A program made the position numbers and the translations under genes. From assembly GCA_035559535.1 (NCBI GenBank), contig DATMBG010000002.1:1-64000 (forward strand): 64,000 bases of DNA, given 5' to 3'. This stretch comes from Candidatus Limnocylindrales bacterium. GTDB taxonomy: Bacteria > Moduliflexota > Moduliflexia > Moduliflexales > JAUQPW01. The notes under the pieces were generated by a model that did not search any database, was not told the origin of the DNA, and was given only the letters and a program-made list of their open reading frames with translations. Positions 1 to 10,629 of this stretch are shown here, piece after piece; the stretch's first letter is position 1, and the number at the start of each line of letters is the position of its first letter.

Positions 1-264
1 AATGGGGCTGATTTCTCGATAGCCTAACCTCTGCAGCTTCCCTTTTAAATCCCTTTGGTAAATATTGTCTCCAGGTTGAAGAACCTCCAGATCTGAATAA
101 ATACGGGAAGGTAAATCCCACCGCTTTTTATTGAATTCCTCTGTCAGGAGTTCATCTAAATACCATTCGTACCAGAAAATTAAGAGAACCTCGGAAATAG
201 CGATAACACCTAGGATACAGGACCCTACGAATAGGGGTCTACGCTGGTGAAAGAAGTAACCCAT
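1..264 (-). CDS. mrcB: Penicillin-binding protein 1B-like, N-terminal part (runs off window start)
   Basis: Not in the ORF track. Manual translation from ATG 264 (upstream GAGG): MGYFF-TM helix-EEFNKKRWDLPSRIYSDLEVLQPG...LQRLGYRE, which resembles the PBP1B TM/UB2H start (W.LP..VY....L.PG...L..LGYR). Confidence 0.7.
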   Translation of the reverse strand, partial: MGYFFHQRRPLFVGSCILGVIAISEVLLIFWYEWYLDELLTEEFNKKRWDLPSRIYSDLEVLQPGDNIYQRDLKGKLQRLGYREISPI

Positions 265-625
265 TCCTCAACCTTACCCTTTAGTTTTTGGTTCTCAGGA
301 GGGATAAATTTTTTCAACCTGAAAGGTAACAAACCTCTACTGAGGGATTGGTTTAGGGAGTAGAGGATTCTTTATTTTTACCTCCCTGAACCTGAGAGCT
401 TTACCCCTCGGCCGGACCCGCTGCAGGGGGACCCTGCCAGATCATCCCATCCTTTAAGGACCCTCTTCGTGGTAAATTAGTATTTCTTTGTACCTAATTT
501 ACAATCTTTGCACTTAAAATTCCAGAATATGTAGAAGATACAGTTAAAAATTTCAACCCCTGCAATCAGGTAAAGAGAAATGAAGTGACGGATACATGGG
601 ATGAGGAAACTGGAGGAACATCAAC

Positions 626-1369
626 TCAGGGAGTGATGATTCCATTTTTAAATTGAGGTACTAAATCATAGAGATCTATTTGAGAACAGAATTTTAAATC
701 CTCGCCTAAACCGATATCTATAAGGCCCTGACCTCCTCGGGTACGTCGAAATAATCCCAACAGGTCGGTTTGATAACTTCGGTAGAGAATCTCGGCAGCT
801 TCAGCCGCCTCGCTTTTTTTTAGCTTTTCAGAAACCAGCCGATCTAATTTGTGGACCAACCCCCCTGCACAGACTAAATCTTCCAAAGAAAAATTTCCCT
901 CTGTCCCGGCACAGGCAATAAGTACCTCTCCCGGTTGAAGTGCTCCCTTTTGTATTTGGGCAGCCAGTCGCCCGGCGACGGCAGTCAGGTTAATAAAGGC
1001 GCAAATCAACACTTCCCCGGCCATTTCTACCATCTTAAGCACCCGGGTTCCGTTGGTTGTCGTTAACAAAATCTTTTTTCCCCGGACCGTTTCAGAATTA
1101 TATTCCCTTGGAGAGTTTCCAAGGTGAAATCCCGCTACTTTTCTGCCGCTCCGTTCTCCTCCGATAATCCAGGGAGAATCTGATTCCTGAAATTTCTGAA
1201 AAGCTTCTTCGGGAGTCAATACTGGAAGGATCAGTAACGATCCGTTTTGCAAGGCAGTGATGATGGTAGTGGTAGCCCGTAGTACATCTATTGCTACCGC
1301 CGTTTTACCTTCAAGCTTTTTGTGAGTCAGCTCTTCGGGAATTATCGCAATATCCAGATTCACTTTCAT
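626..1369 (-). CDS. comB: 2-phosphosulfolactate phosphatase family
   Basis: Motifs IDVLRATTTI, GGER, GNSP, TTTNGT, SLED. Confidence 0.92.
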   Translation of the reverse strand: MKVNLDIAIIPEELTHKKLEGKTAVAIDVLRATTTIITALQNGSLLILPVLTPEEAFQKFQESDSPWIIGGERSGRKVAGFHLGNSPREYNSETVRGKKILLTTTNGTRVLKMVEMAGEVLICAFINLTAVAGRLAAQIQKGALQPGEVLIACAGTEGNFSLEDLVCAGGLVHKLDRLVSEKLKKSEAAEAAEILYRSYQTDLLGLFRRTRGGQGLIDIGLGEDLKFCSQIDLYDLVPQFKNGIITP

Positions 1370-1452
1370 TGGTGAAGACGATTTCCATGGAATCCGTTCT
1401 ACAGGTAAAGAAGTTATACCAACTGATTCTATTGATTTTTATATAATAACTA

Positions 1453-1700
1453 ACCTCCCGACCTCCTTCCCCATGTAGGGGAAGGGGAAACCGGTCGTCG
1501 CCAGACCCCTGGGTTCTCCCCTTTTCCCTTCATTTGAAAAAATACCCTTAAAAGGGGACAAGGAGGCGTCTAAACCCCAGGTTTAATCCTTAACTTGATA
1601 CCTACGGGACTGTTCCTACAGTTGAGGCGATGTTTCAATGTAGAATTTTAGGATTCTTATAAAGTCCTTCGGTAGGGGGAAGGTTTGAAACCTGCCCCTG
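1453..1700. repeat. REP-like palindromic elements (CCTTCCCC..GGGGAAGG and GTAGGGGGAAGGTTTGAAACCTGCCCC)
   Basis: Intergenic imperfect palindromes; a related copy lies at 61399-61427. Confidence 0.6.
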
Positions 1701-1727
1701 TTTCATGAAACGCAAATTGACATGGCT

Positions 1728-2963
1728 TTACCTGATGGATACCGGTAAAGCTATTTCCTCTGTATAAGCCGGGTTGGCTTCGGTAGTTACCTCTTCTTTT
1801 TGGTTGAACACCTTAAGGAGTTGATAAGTGGTCGAACGCTCGGCCGGGATCCTTCCCAGGTCCCAGATCAATCGTCGCATCTCCTCTGGAGCCAGATACT
1901 CTCCGGTTGTTGCTCCGGCTGCTTTAGAAATATTCTCTTCCATTAAAGTGCCACTGAAATCGTTGGCGCCTGCATTTAAGCATAACTGGGCGAGTTTAAT
2001 CCCCAGTTTAACCCAGGAAACCTGAATGTTTTTAATATATCCGTTCAGCATTATTCTGGAGACTGCATGCATTCTGAGTTCTTCGAGCCCGGTGGGTCCG
2101 GGTCTGGATCCATCTTTACGATACAGAAAAGTATTTTCGTGAACAAATCCCAGGGGTACGAACTCGGTAAAACCATGGGTTTCTTTTTGAATAGAACGGA
2201 TCAAGGCCAGATGGTTCGCAATATGCCACGGCTTTTCCACATGTCCATACATAATGGTAGCCGTAGAAGGAATTCCCAACTTATGAGCGGTCGTAATAAT
2301 TTTAACCCACATGGCGACTTTAAGTCGGTTCTGAGATAGGATCCTGCGAACCTCATCATCCAGGATCTCGGCGGCTGTACCCGGAATGGTTCCCAGTCCG
2401 GCTTCCTTGAGCATGAGTAAATACTCCTCCAGGCTAAGCCCGGTCCGTTCGACTCCATGAAGGATCTCCATGGGAGAATAGGCATGGATGTGGATCTGCG
2501 GGGCTTTCTTCTTAACCAGACGTAAAATGTCCCGATACAGATAACCATCCATATTTCGGGGTAATCCTCCCTGGATACAAACCTCCGTAGCACCCCGTCT
2601 TACGGCATCTTCTACCTTGGCTTCGATTTCTTCGGGAGTCCGCATGTAAGCGTCTTCTTGATCGGGTCTCCGCTTAAATCCACAAAATTTACACCCTACA
2701 TAACAGATATTGGTGAAATTGATATTTCGGTTTACAACATAGGTGACAATATTTCCAACGGCCCGCCGCCGAAGCTCATCGGCCACCAGAACCAGCGCTG
2801 TTAATTCGAAATCTCGAACTTCCAACAGCTTGATGCATTCTTCAACGGAAATTTCTTTGTCCTCCAGGGCTTTATCCAAAATCCTGGCAATAGACGGATC
2901 CATCATGTTCAAGAAACGATCCAGAAGACCGGTTAAATGAGGTATATCCGTAGCTGTTATCAT
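1728..2963 (-). CDS. cofH: FO synthase subunit CofH (radical SAM)
   Basis: NRNINFTNICYVGCKFCGF (CxxxCxxC), PGTAAEIL, NIQVSWVK, GANDFSGTLMEENIS; adjacent to cofG/cofC. Confidence 0.9.
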   Translation of the reverse strand: MITATDIPHLTGLLDRFLNMMDPSIARILDKALEDKEISVEECIKLLEVRDFELTALVLVADELRRRAVGNIVTYVVNRNINFTNICYVGCKFCGFKRRPDQEDAYMRTPEEIEAKVEDAVRRGATEVCIQGGLPRNMDGYLYRDILRLVKKKAPQIHIHAYSPMEILHGVERTGLSLEEYLLMLKEAGLGTIPGTAAEILDDEVRRILSQNRLKVAMWVKIITTAHKLGIPSTATIMYGHVEKPWHIANHLALIRSIQKETHGFTEFVPLGFVHENTFLYRKDGSRPGPTGLEELRMHAVSRIMLNGYIKNIQVSWVKLGIKLAQLCLNAGANDFSGTLMEENISKAAGATTGEYLAPEEMRRLIWDLGRIPAERSTTYQLLKVFNQKEEVTTEANPAYTEEIALPVSIR

Positions 2964-3322
2964 GGTCCCTATAAAACGTAAGTGATACCTTTTTCCGGTT
3001 AATAAGGAGGTTTTTTTACTCCTTCCCGCGGTCAGAATCTCAAGGTCATCTGAAGTTAAAGACTTAAACCTTGAGGTTCATCAGGAAATAAGCTAAACCA
3101 GAATATTTCCAGGTAAAAGGTATAACCCTTCACCACAAAGGTTATAACGAAAGAAGAGTGGTAAATTTTTACGTTTTATGTTTTACGTTTTTCAACAGAT
3201 TATCCCTTGTAAGTAACCACTTAAGATTTAGGTCATCGAGGAGCTCCAGTCAAGAAAAAACTCTTCTCTGAACTCCCCTGAGAGCCTTGACAAACCTTAA
3301 ATTTCATCCTAAGGTACTGGAT

Positions 3323-4300
3323 ATGAAGGATCGAACGGTAACATATTCTCCATCTATAACCATTACAGTTACCCATGATTGTCCCAAACACTGTCTGTAT
3401 TGTGGATTTCGAACGGATCGGGAGGGATTGATTTCCTGGGAGAATATTCAAGCTACGCTGAACAATGCCCATCGGTTTGGTGCCACGGAAATCCTCATTA
3501 TGTCCGGAGAAGAAGTGGAAAAGTTCCCTCACATTCGAGCCCAGTTAAAGGAGCGGGGGTATAAGACTTTTGTAGATTTTGTTTATTCTGTTTGTGAGAC
3601 TGTTCTGGAAAATGGATTCCTTCCCCATACCAACATCGGTATTATGACCTATGAGGAGCTTGCCCGGTTACGGGAAGTTAACGCCTCTATGGGTCTTATG
3701 TTGGAGAACGTAGATCCCTGGGTAGCCCGGAAAGTACAACCTCAAAAAAACCTTCGGGACCGGATTCGAACCCTGGAAGATGCTGGCCGACTCAAGATTC
3801 CTTACACCAGTGGTATTCTCATCGGAATGGGAGAATCGGTAGAGAGCCGATTCGAATCTTTGCGAATCCTTGCCGACTTGCATAAACAATACGGCCATCT
3901 TCAAGAGATTATCATTCAGAATTATGTCCCTAACCGGGGTTCACGGCTTCGCCCGTATCCCCTCTCTTTAGGGGAATATAAGGAACTTATTGCCTATTCT
4001 AAGGAGATCATGCCAGAGGTAGCCGTACAGATCCCACCGAATTTAAATCCTTACTGGTTAGACTTAATCGAGGTCGGGGCGGAAGATCTGGGAGGGATTT
4101 CTCCAGAAGGGGATCACGTTAACATAGATAACCCTTGGGACCAGATAACCTTCTATGAGGAAGCCTTAACCCAGAGGGGATATCGCCTCTCCAAACGACT
4201 CCCGGTCTATGCGAAGTACTATCAGACGGTTTTGTCCTTCCCTGGAAAGATTGGAAAGTATTTGAAGGCTTTTATAAATAATGAAGTTCAGGCTGGTTGA
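3323..4300 (+). CDS. cofG: FO synthase subunit CofG (radical SAM)
   Basis: VTYS, CxxxCxYC, PHTNIG, SMGLMLE, IPYTSGILIGMGE, QIPPNL, DLGGISP; ATG 3323 preferred over TTG 3287. Confidence 0.9.
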   Translation: MKDRTVTYSPSITITVTHDCPKHCLYCGFRTDREGLISWENIQATLNNAHRFGATEILIMSGEEVEKFPHIRAQLKERGYKTFVDFVYSVCETVLENGFLPHTNIGIMTYEELARLREVNASMGLMLENVDPWVARKVQPQKNLRDRIRTLEDAGRLKIPYTSGILIGMGESVESRFESLRILADLHKQYGHLQEIIIQNYVPNRGSRLRPYPLSLGEYKELIAYSKEIMPEVAVQIPPNLNPYWLDLIEVGAEDLGGISPEGDHVNIDNPWDQITFYEEALTQRGYRLSKRLPVYAKYYQTVLSFPGKIGKYLKAFINNEVQAG

Positions 4301-4368
4301 TTTAATTTTTACCGATACCGATTAAATGAGATGTTACAAGGAGGAGGGTTCCTGGTTCAAGGTTCAGG

Positions 4369-5082
4369 ATGCTGAGTTCAGTGAACTTCGCCATTGTTCC
4401 CGTTAAGTGTTTATCCCATGCCAAGGAGCGATTAGCTTCTCTTCTTTCGCCTGCCGAAAGGCAATCTCTGGCCTTTGCCATGCTAAAAGATGTTTTAGCG
4501 GCTCTCACCCGTTCCGGAGAACTCCAGCACGTCGTGGTTGTCAGTAGCGATCTTACCGTGTGGGAAGTAGCCCGGAATTTCGGTGCTTTGATTATTAAAG
4601 AGCTATCCCAGGAAAATGAAAGTGCCTCGGTGGAGGCGGCAACGAAAATCTGTATAAGCTGGGGGGCTTCCACAGTATTGATTGTACCTTCCGATATTCC
4701 CCTTATAACCCCTGAAGATGTGGATTTTCTTATCAAGAAAAGCCGGCAAGGACTTCAACCCTGCTTACCGATTAAAGAGGATGAGCCTGGGGCGGATTCC
4801 CCCTTTGTAATTCTCGTACCTTCTTGGGATCACAAGGGAACCAACGCCTTCTTGCGAAGACCTCCGGATGTTATCCCTTCCAGCTTTGGTTATGACAGCC
4901 TTCGGATTCATATTGCCGAGGCCGAGAGACAGAAGATCCCCTATCAAATTTACGAATTACCCAGAATTGCCTTGGATATTGATTCTCCTGAGGATCTCAA
5001 GTTATTTCTCTCTGTCGAGAGTCTGACCCATACCTACCGACAGCTTGTGAAATCGGAAATACCCCATCGTCTTCGGCTTTAG
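4369..5082 (+). CDS. cofC: 2-phospho-L-lactate/PEP guanylyltransferase
   Basis: IVPVK..AKERL, AMLKDVL, DIP, GTNA, FG..S...H, DIDSPEDL. Confidence 0.9.
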   Translation: MLSSVNFAIVPVKCLSHAKERLASLLSPAERQSLAFAMLKDVLAALTRSGELQHVVVVSSDLTVWEVARNFGALIIKELSQENESASVEAATKICISWGASTVLIVPSDIPLITPEDVDFLIKKSRQGLQPCLPIKEDEPGADSPFVILVPSWDHKGTNAFLRRPPDVIPSSFGYDSLRIHIAEAERQKIPYQIYELPRIALDIDSPEDLKLFLSVESLTHTYRQLVKSEIPHRLRL

Positions 5083-5103
5083 TTCTGGCTGAAGGGTATG
5101 GAA

Positions 5104-7917
5104 TTATTTTTGAATGGAAACCGCACAAAACTTGAATTCTGGAATTTTTCCATAGGGATCCAACACGTCATTGGTTAAAACATTGGCAGCCGCCTCTTTA
5201 AAATGAAAGGGAATGAAGACATTTCCTGGAGATACGCGTGTAGAAGCCCGGACCTTCAAGATAATAGTTCCCCGGCGAGAGGAAACTTTAACCTTCTCTC
5301 CGTCTTGAATCCCCAGCCTGTCCAAATCTATGGGATTCACATCCACATAGGGTTCTGGAGAGATTTCATCCAGAGCCTTGGAACGACGGGTCATGGTTCC
5401 TGTATGCCAGTGTTGGAGGACACGACCTGTATTCAGGACAAAGGGATAGTCGGCGTCGGGTAATTCTTTAGCTGGAGCAAATTCAACTGGAATGAATTTA
5501 CCTCGGCCACTGGGGAAGGTTTCGGTAAACAAAACCGAGGTGCCCGGATCCTCCGGGGTCCTAGAAGGCCAGAGAATTCCACCTTTGGTCAGGCGCTCAT
5601 AATTCAATCCAGCATAGCTGGGGGTCAGGGAGGCTATCTCCTGGAAGATTTCTTCGGCGGAAGTATAGTTCATGGGATAGCCCATACGAGTAGAAAGGTC
5701 CGCGATAATCTGCCAGTCTATACGAGCCTGTCCGGGAGAGTCTATAGCCTTTCGGGCCAGTTGAACGCGCCGATCCGTGTTGGTATAGGTCCCCTCCTTT
5801 TCGGCAAAACTGGATCCGGGTAGAATCACATCGGCAAATTCAGCGGTTTCAGTTAAGAAAATGTCTTGAACCACAAGGAACTCTAGAGAGGCCAGACACT
5901 TTTTAACTTTATTGATATTAGGATCGCTGAGGAAGGGATTTTCCCCCATCATATACATCCCTTTGATGGTTCCCTTCAAGATTTCGTTCATGATCTCCAC
6001 CACGGTTAAACCCGGCTCAGGATCCAGAGGAACCCCCCAGGCCGATTCAAATTTTTTCTTTACGGCCGGATCATTCACTTTTTGATAATCGGTATAGACA
6101 AAGGGGATAAGGCCTACATCGGAGGCGCCCTGAACGTTGTTCTGGCCTCTCAGGGGATGAAGACCGGTCCCGGGCCTGCCAATATGTCCGGTTACCAGGG
6201 CTAAGTTGACTAAATTCCTTGCGTTATCGGTCCCTGTAGAATGTTGGGAAATTCCCATTCCCCAGAAAATCATGCTTCGTTCTGCAGTTGCATAGAGGCG
6301 AGCAATCTTTCTAACCAAATCTGCGGATACCCCGGTCAATTTCTCTACTAATTCAGGTGGGTAAGCGGTAACCGTTTCCCGAAGTTTTTCAAAGCCTTCT
6401 GTCCGTTCCTGAACGAATTTCTCGTTGACCAGACCTTCCTGGATAATTACATGTAAAAATCCATTGAGGAGGGCCACATCGGTTCCAGGTTTGAATTGAA
6501 TAAAATAATCGGCATGTCGGGCTAAGTCCACATAACGTGGGTCGATTACGATAAGGGTGGTTCCCTTTTTGGCAGCCTGTTTGATAAAGGTAGCAGCAAC
6601 CGGATGGTTTTCTACCGGATTGGCTCCGATCACGAGGGCAACCTGGGCCTGTAAAACATCAGCAAAAATGTTGGAAACGGCCCCACTTCCGATGGTTTCC
6701 ATAAGGGCTGCTACAGAAGAAGCATGGCAAAGGCGGGTACAGTGATCCACATTATTTGTCCCAAATACAGCCCGAATAAGTTTCTGGAAGAGGTAATTAT
6801 CTTCATTGGAACACTTGGCAGAACCGAATCCGGCCAGAGCCTTTGATCCATAGTGTTTTTTAATCCATAGAAATTTTGAAGCTGCCAGCTCCAAGGCTTC
6901 TTCCCAAGTAGCTTCCCGAAAAGCTTCCCGTGGGGAGTATTCGGAGCTGTTGGATTTATCCAAATTCAATTGTTTAGGATATTCCGGTCTACGGATAAGC
7001 GGCACGGTTAACCGCTCGGGATGATTAATATAATCAAAACCGTAGCGACCTTTCACACAAAGACGTCCCCGATTGGCCGGTCCATCGGGTCTCCCGGTAA
7101 CTCGTACGATGGTATGATCGGCCACATGATAGGTAATACTACAACCGACTCCACAATAGGGGCACAGGGAGTGGACAGGTCGGGTATTTTTAAAATCGGT
7201 TAGGGAAGTCAAGGGCTTATCGGTCAAAGCACCGGTTGGACAATAGGCCATACACTCTCCGCAGGAAACGCAAGAAGATTTCCCCATGGGCTGATCCATA
7301 TCAAAGGAGATTTTGGTATGAATTCCTTTATACGCCCTACCAATCACCTCATTAACCTGAAGATCGGAGCAAGCCCGAAGGCAACGATCACATAAAATAC
7401 AGGCGTCGTGATCTACGGCAATAACCGGGGAGGATAAATCGAGAGAGGGGTAGGGCCGTAAGAAGGTATTCCTTTTACTCCCACCCTCCCCGACTCCCAT
7501 ACTCTCATCCTTCCCTACTCCTATTCCCCCATTCTTTCTCGCAAACCGGGATCCCTGAATCCCATAGGCTGTGGCCAGTCTTTCTAATTCACAATCTCCG
7601 GTCTGTTCTTGCTTTTTGCAGGGAGTTGGATGGTCTGTCAAAAGAAGTTCTGTCAGCATACGCCGGGATCGCTGAACGCGAGGAGAATGGGTTTGAATAA
7701 CCATGTCCTTCTCTACCTGTCGAATACAGGCCGGAACCAGAACACGGGATCCTTTCACCTCTACCACACAAATCCGACAGACCGCAATCGGATTTAAGTT
7801 TGGATGATGGCAAAGAACCGGAATATCTATACCGATGGATTGAGCCGCCTCAAAAATAGTAGTACCCGGTTGAACCGAGAGGGGACGGTCGTCGATAGCT
7901 ATTGGGATAAGATTCAT
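5104..7917 (-). CDS. fdhF: Formate dehydrogenase alpha subunit (Mo/W-bisPGD, N-terminal Fe-S domains)
   Basis: CRICVVE 2Fe-2S, CILCDRC, CVSCGEC, CPYCGVGC; active site RLCHASS has Cys, not Sec; PLRGQNNVQG. Confidence 0.92.
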   Translation of the reverse strand: MNLIPIAIDDRPLSVQPGTTIFEAAQSIGIDIPVLCHHPNLNPIAVCRICVVEVKGSRVLVPACIRQVEKDMVIQTHSPRVQRSRRMLTELLLTDHPTPCKKQEQTGDCELERLATAYGIQGSRFARKNGGIGVGKDESMGVGEGGSKRNTFLRPYPSLDLSSPVIAVDHDACILCDRCLRACSDLQVNEVIGRAYKGIHTKISFDMDQPMGKSSCVSCGECMAYCPTGALTDKPLTSLTDFKNTRPVHSLCPYCGVGCSITYHVADHTIVRVTGRPDGPANRGRLCVKGRYGFDYINHPERLTVPLIRRPEYPKQLNLDKSNSSEYSPREAFREATWEEALELAASKFLWIKKHYGSKALAGFGSAKCSNEDNYLFQKLIRAVFGTNNVDHCTRLCHASSVAALMETIGSGAVSNIFADVLQAQVALVIGANPVENHPVAATFIKQAAKKGTTLIVIDPRYVDLARHADYFIQFKPGTDVALLNGFLHVIIQEGLVNEKFVQERTEGFEKLRETVTAYPPELVEKLTGVSADLVRKIARLYATAERSMIFWGMGISQHSTGTDNARNLVNLALVTGHIGRPGTGLHPLRGQNNVQGASDVGLIPFVYTDYQKVNDPAVKKKFESAWGVPLDPEPGLTVVEIMNEILKGTIKGMYMMGENPFLSDPNINKVKKCLASLEFLVVQDIFLTETAEFADVILPGSSFAEKEGTYTNTDRRVQLARKAIDSPGQARIDWQIIADLSTRMGYPMNYTSAEEIFQEIASLTPSYAGLNYERLTKGGILWPSRTPEDPGTSVLFTETFPSGRGKFIPVEFAPAKELPDADYPFVLNTGRVLQHWHTGTMTRRSKALDEISPEPYVDVNPIDLDRLGIQDGEKVKVSSRRGTIILKVRASTRVSPGNVFIPFHFKEAAANVLTNDVLDPYGKIPEFKFCAVSIQK

Positions 7918-8009
7918 TTATCGGGAATAAAAGAATAGGAGAAGTGGGGGTAGGAGAACAAAATGGGTCTCATCCATTCCCTTCTTCTCCCACTCGGAGT
8001 CTCCATCTT

Positions 8010-9704
8010 CTAAAAACATACCCTCGAGGGACATTGTTTTTTCAAAATATGGGCCTCTATCTCTTCTGGAAAGTGTTGGATAACCGAAGTAATGGGATAA
8101 GGCGCAGCCTGGCCCAGACCACAAATGGAAGTTCCTTGCATGGTCTCAGAAAGTTCCCTAATCCAATCCAGATCCTGTTGAGAGCCTTTCCCCCAACGAA
8201 TATCATCCAGAATCTCAACCAATTTTTCAGAACCAATCCGGCAGGGAACACACTTCCCACAGGATTCATTACGGAAGAATTTAATTACGTTTCGGGCCAG
8301 GTCTACCATACAGGTTCCCTCGGCTATGGCAATGACGGCTCCGGATCCCAACATGGATCCAACCCTGGCGAGGGACTGGAAATCTAAGGGGATATCCACC
8401 ATACGGGCCGGAAGGAACCCCGAAGAGGCCCCCCCTGGTGCGAAGGCTTTGAGTTTTTTACCGTTAGAAATTCCTCTACCATAATTAAAGATCAGTTCCG
8501 CTGCCGAAATTCCCAAGGAAACTTCATAAACCCCGGGCCTTTGAACTTCCCCACTTAAAGCCAGAAACTTCAAGCCTGCTGCACCGTTTTTTCCCTGGGT
8601 TTTAAACCACTCTGCACCTTTTAGGAGAATGGCCGGAATAAAGGCAAAAGTCTCTACATTATTAATCAGGGTCGGCTTACCATAAAGTCCATGGGTTCCC
8701 GGAAAAGGAGGTTTGTTGCGAGGTTCGGCCCGCTTCCCTTCCAAAGCCTCCAATAGGGCAGTTTCCTCTCCACAGATATATCCCCCGGCACTCTCAAAGA
8801 TTTCGAGCTCAAAGGAGAAGTCTGAACCTAAAAGGTTGGGTCCTACTATACCTTTAGACCGACAGATTTGAAGAGCTTCCTCCAGAACCTCTTTTTCCCG
8901 ATGATATTCATGGCGAATAAAAATAATGCCCTTCTGCGCACCCACCACCCGTGCCCCGATAAGCATACCTTCTATCACCAGATAAGGAAATTTTTGTAAA
9001 ATTACCCGATCTTTAAAGGTTCCCGGCTCACTTTCATCGGCATTACAAATTACATACTTAGGTTCTCCTGGAGCATTACGGACAATCTCCCACTTGACTC
9101 CCGTGGGAAATCCTGCCCCTCCCATTCCCCGGAGCCCACTGTCCTTAAGCAGAGCAATATAATCCTCGAAAGCACGTTCCTGAACCACTTTTCTTAAGGC
9201 TTCAAAGGATTCCTGGTTTTTTTCAGATCTCGACTGGGTAGCGTAAGGATTTATCTGGAAAGTCTCCTGGGAATAGGCCGATGCAGGGTTTAAATCCACT
9301 TCTTTTAATTCTTCTTGTCCGGTAACCAGAGCTTCTATCCGGGCTTGTAACTCTCCTTTGGTAAGTCCTGAATAAATTCTCTCATTGACGGAAACGGCAA
9401 TGGGGGCATCACATTGTCCCAGGCAAGAAACCTCCTGGATGGAAACCACTTTAAAATTTGTAGCATTAATTGCTTTTTCGATCTGATCTCGTAATCGGGA
9501 AGCGCCTCGAAGGTGGCAGGAGATATCTGTGCAGATTTTAATTTCATGGGAGGTTCGGGGTTTTAACCGAAAATGGGGATAAAAACTGGCAACTCCATAA
9601 ATCTCATAGAGAGGTACCTTCCACTGAACTGCCAATCGACGCAATTCCTCTTCGGGAAGAAAACCATGGCGATCCTGAATCGCTTTGAGTTCCTTGAGGA
9701 TCAT
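8010..9704 (-). CDS. NuoE-NuoF fusion, NAD(H)-binding diaphorase subunit of the FDH
   Basis: CTDISC..CLGQC (NuoE-like); GLRGMGGAGFPTG, CNADESEPG, YICGEETAL, ESCGKCVPCRIG (NuoF). Confidence 0.9.
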   Translation of the reverse strand: MILKELKAIQDRHGFLPEEELRRLAVQWKVPLYEIYGVASFYPHFRLKPRTSHEIKICTDISCHLRGASRLRDQIEKAINATNFKVVSIQEVSCLGQCDAPIAVSVNERIYSGLTKGELQARIEALVTGQEELKEVDLNPASAYSQETFQINPYATQSRSEKNQESFEALRKVVQERAFEDYIALLKDSGLRGMGGAGFPTGVKWEIVRNAPGEPKYVICNADESEPGTFKDRVILQKFPYLVIEGMLIGARVVGAQKGIIFIRHEYHREKEVLEEALQICRSKGIVGPNLLGSDFSFELEIFESAGGYICGEETALLEALEGKRAEPRNKPPFPGTHGLYGKPTLINNVETFAFIPAILLKGAEWFKTQGKNGAAGLKFLALSGEVQRPGVYEVSLGISAAELIFNYGRGISNGKKLKAFAPGGASSGFLPARMVDIPLDFQSLARVGSMLGSGAVIAIAEGTCMVDLARNVIKFFRNESCGKCVPCRIGSEKLVEILDDIRWGKGSQQDLDWIRELSETMQGTSICGLGQAAPYPITSVIQHFPEEIEAHILKKQCPSRVCF

Positions 9705-10581
9705 ATTTTTCCACCAACTTTCCTTTAAAATAAAATATACCCGGCTACGAATTTACTTGACAAGCTTTATTTAAGGTTCAGAATCAACGGTACCAATTTT
9801 TTCGGGACCAACCATTTATCCAGATTACTTTTTCAATTTTAAGAAAATAAGAAAGAAATTTCAGGCTAAACAGGTATAAAAATTTATCCGTATCCCTTAG
9901 GAAAAAAGGATACAAGGGTACGGAATACCTGTCTCCGTACCCTTTGAGAGGTTATAGATGAAGAGAAGATTCAGACTCCGTACCCACTCCTGGAGTTAAA
10001 CCTAAGATTAGCTCGTTACTTCTATCCTGTCAAGGCGAAACTCCTATCGTAACGAGTTTAGTAAACGATAGATATTAAAATCTATGATCAGCGAATACGT
10101 TCCTAATTCATAGGAAAGTTTCTGTGTCAGTGGAAAGGGAATTGTGAACGTATTCGCTATCTATTTGGATATTTTTTCTTCTTAAAAGGTTTAAAATAAA
10201 AGGCGAAAATTTCTTTCCAATTGAAATTAAGTATTCCTTTTGGGTATTTTTAAAAACATGTTGGGGAAAGTTAATTTTAGGGAGGACTTTATTTAAATAC
10301 CGTCTAAGGATACAAAATCGGTTTTCACGGATACTCCCGGACCGCTAAAGTCTACAAACCATAGCTTACCCTGGGGGTAGTCAATGCGGGTTCAACTCTT
10401 GCTGTAAGCTCTGCAGTCTTACTGCCTTAGTAATCTGAGCATCTGTAATTTCAATAGGTTTAAATCTCTCCCGTCTTTTCAATTGGACCTGCCACAGATC
10501 ATTTAATCCTTTCCGTTATCCCTTAAGGCTGGGAACCATGACAAGGGAGTAGTAACTTGGGGGATATTCTCTCGCCAGACA

Positions 10582-10629
10582 AAAAAATAGCCTTATTCGG
10601 GTAACCACCCGAAATAAGGCTTGTTTTTT
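10582..10629. terminator. Intrinsic terminator downstream of tRNA-fMet, possibly bidirectional
   Basis: GCCTTATTCGGG...CCCGAAATAAGGC stem flanked by A and T tracts. Confidence 0.7.

Noticed and set aside
6715-6750. Selenocysteine recoding in the FDH
   Set aside because: The active-site codon is Cys (RLCH) and the ORF is uninterrupted
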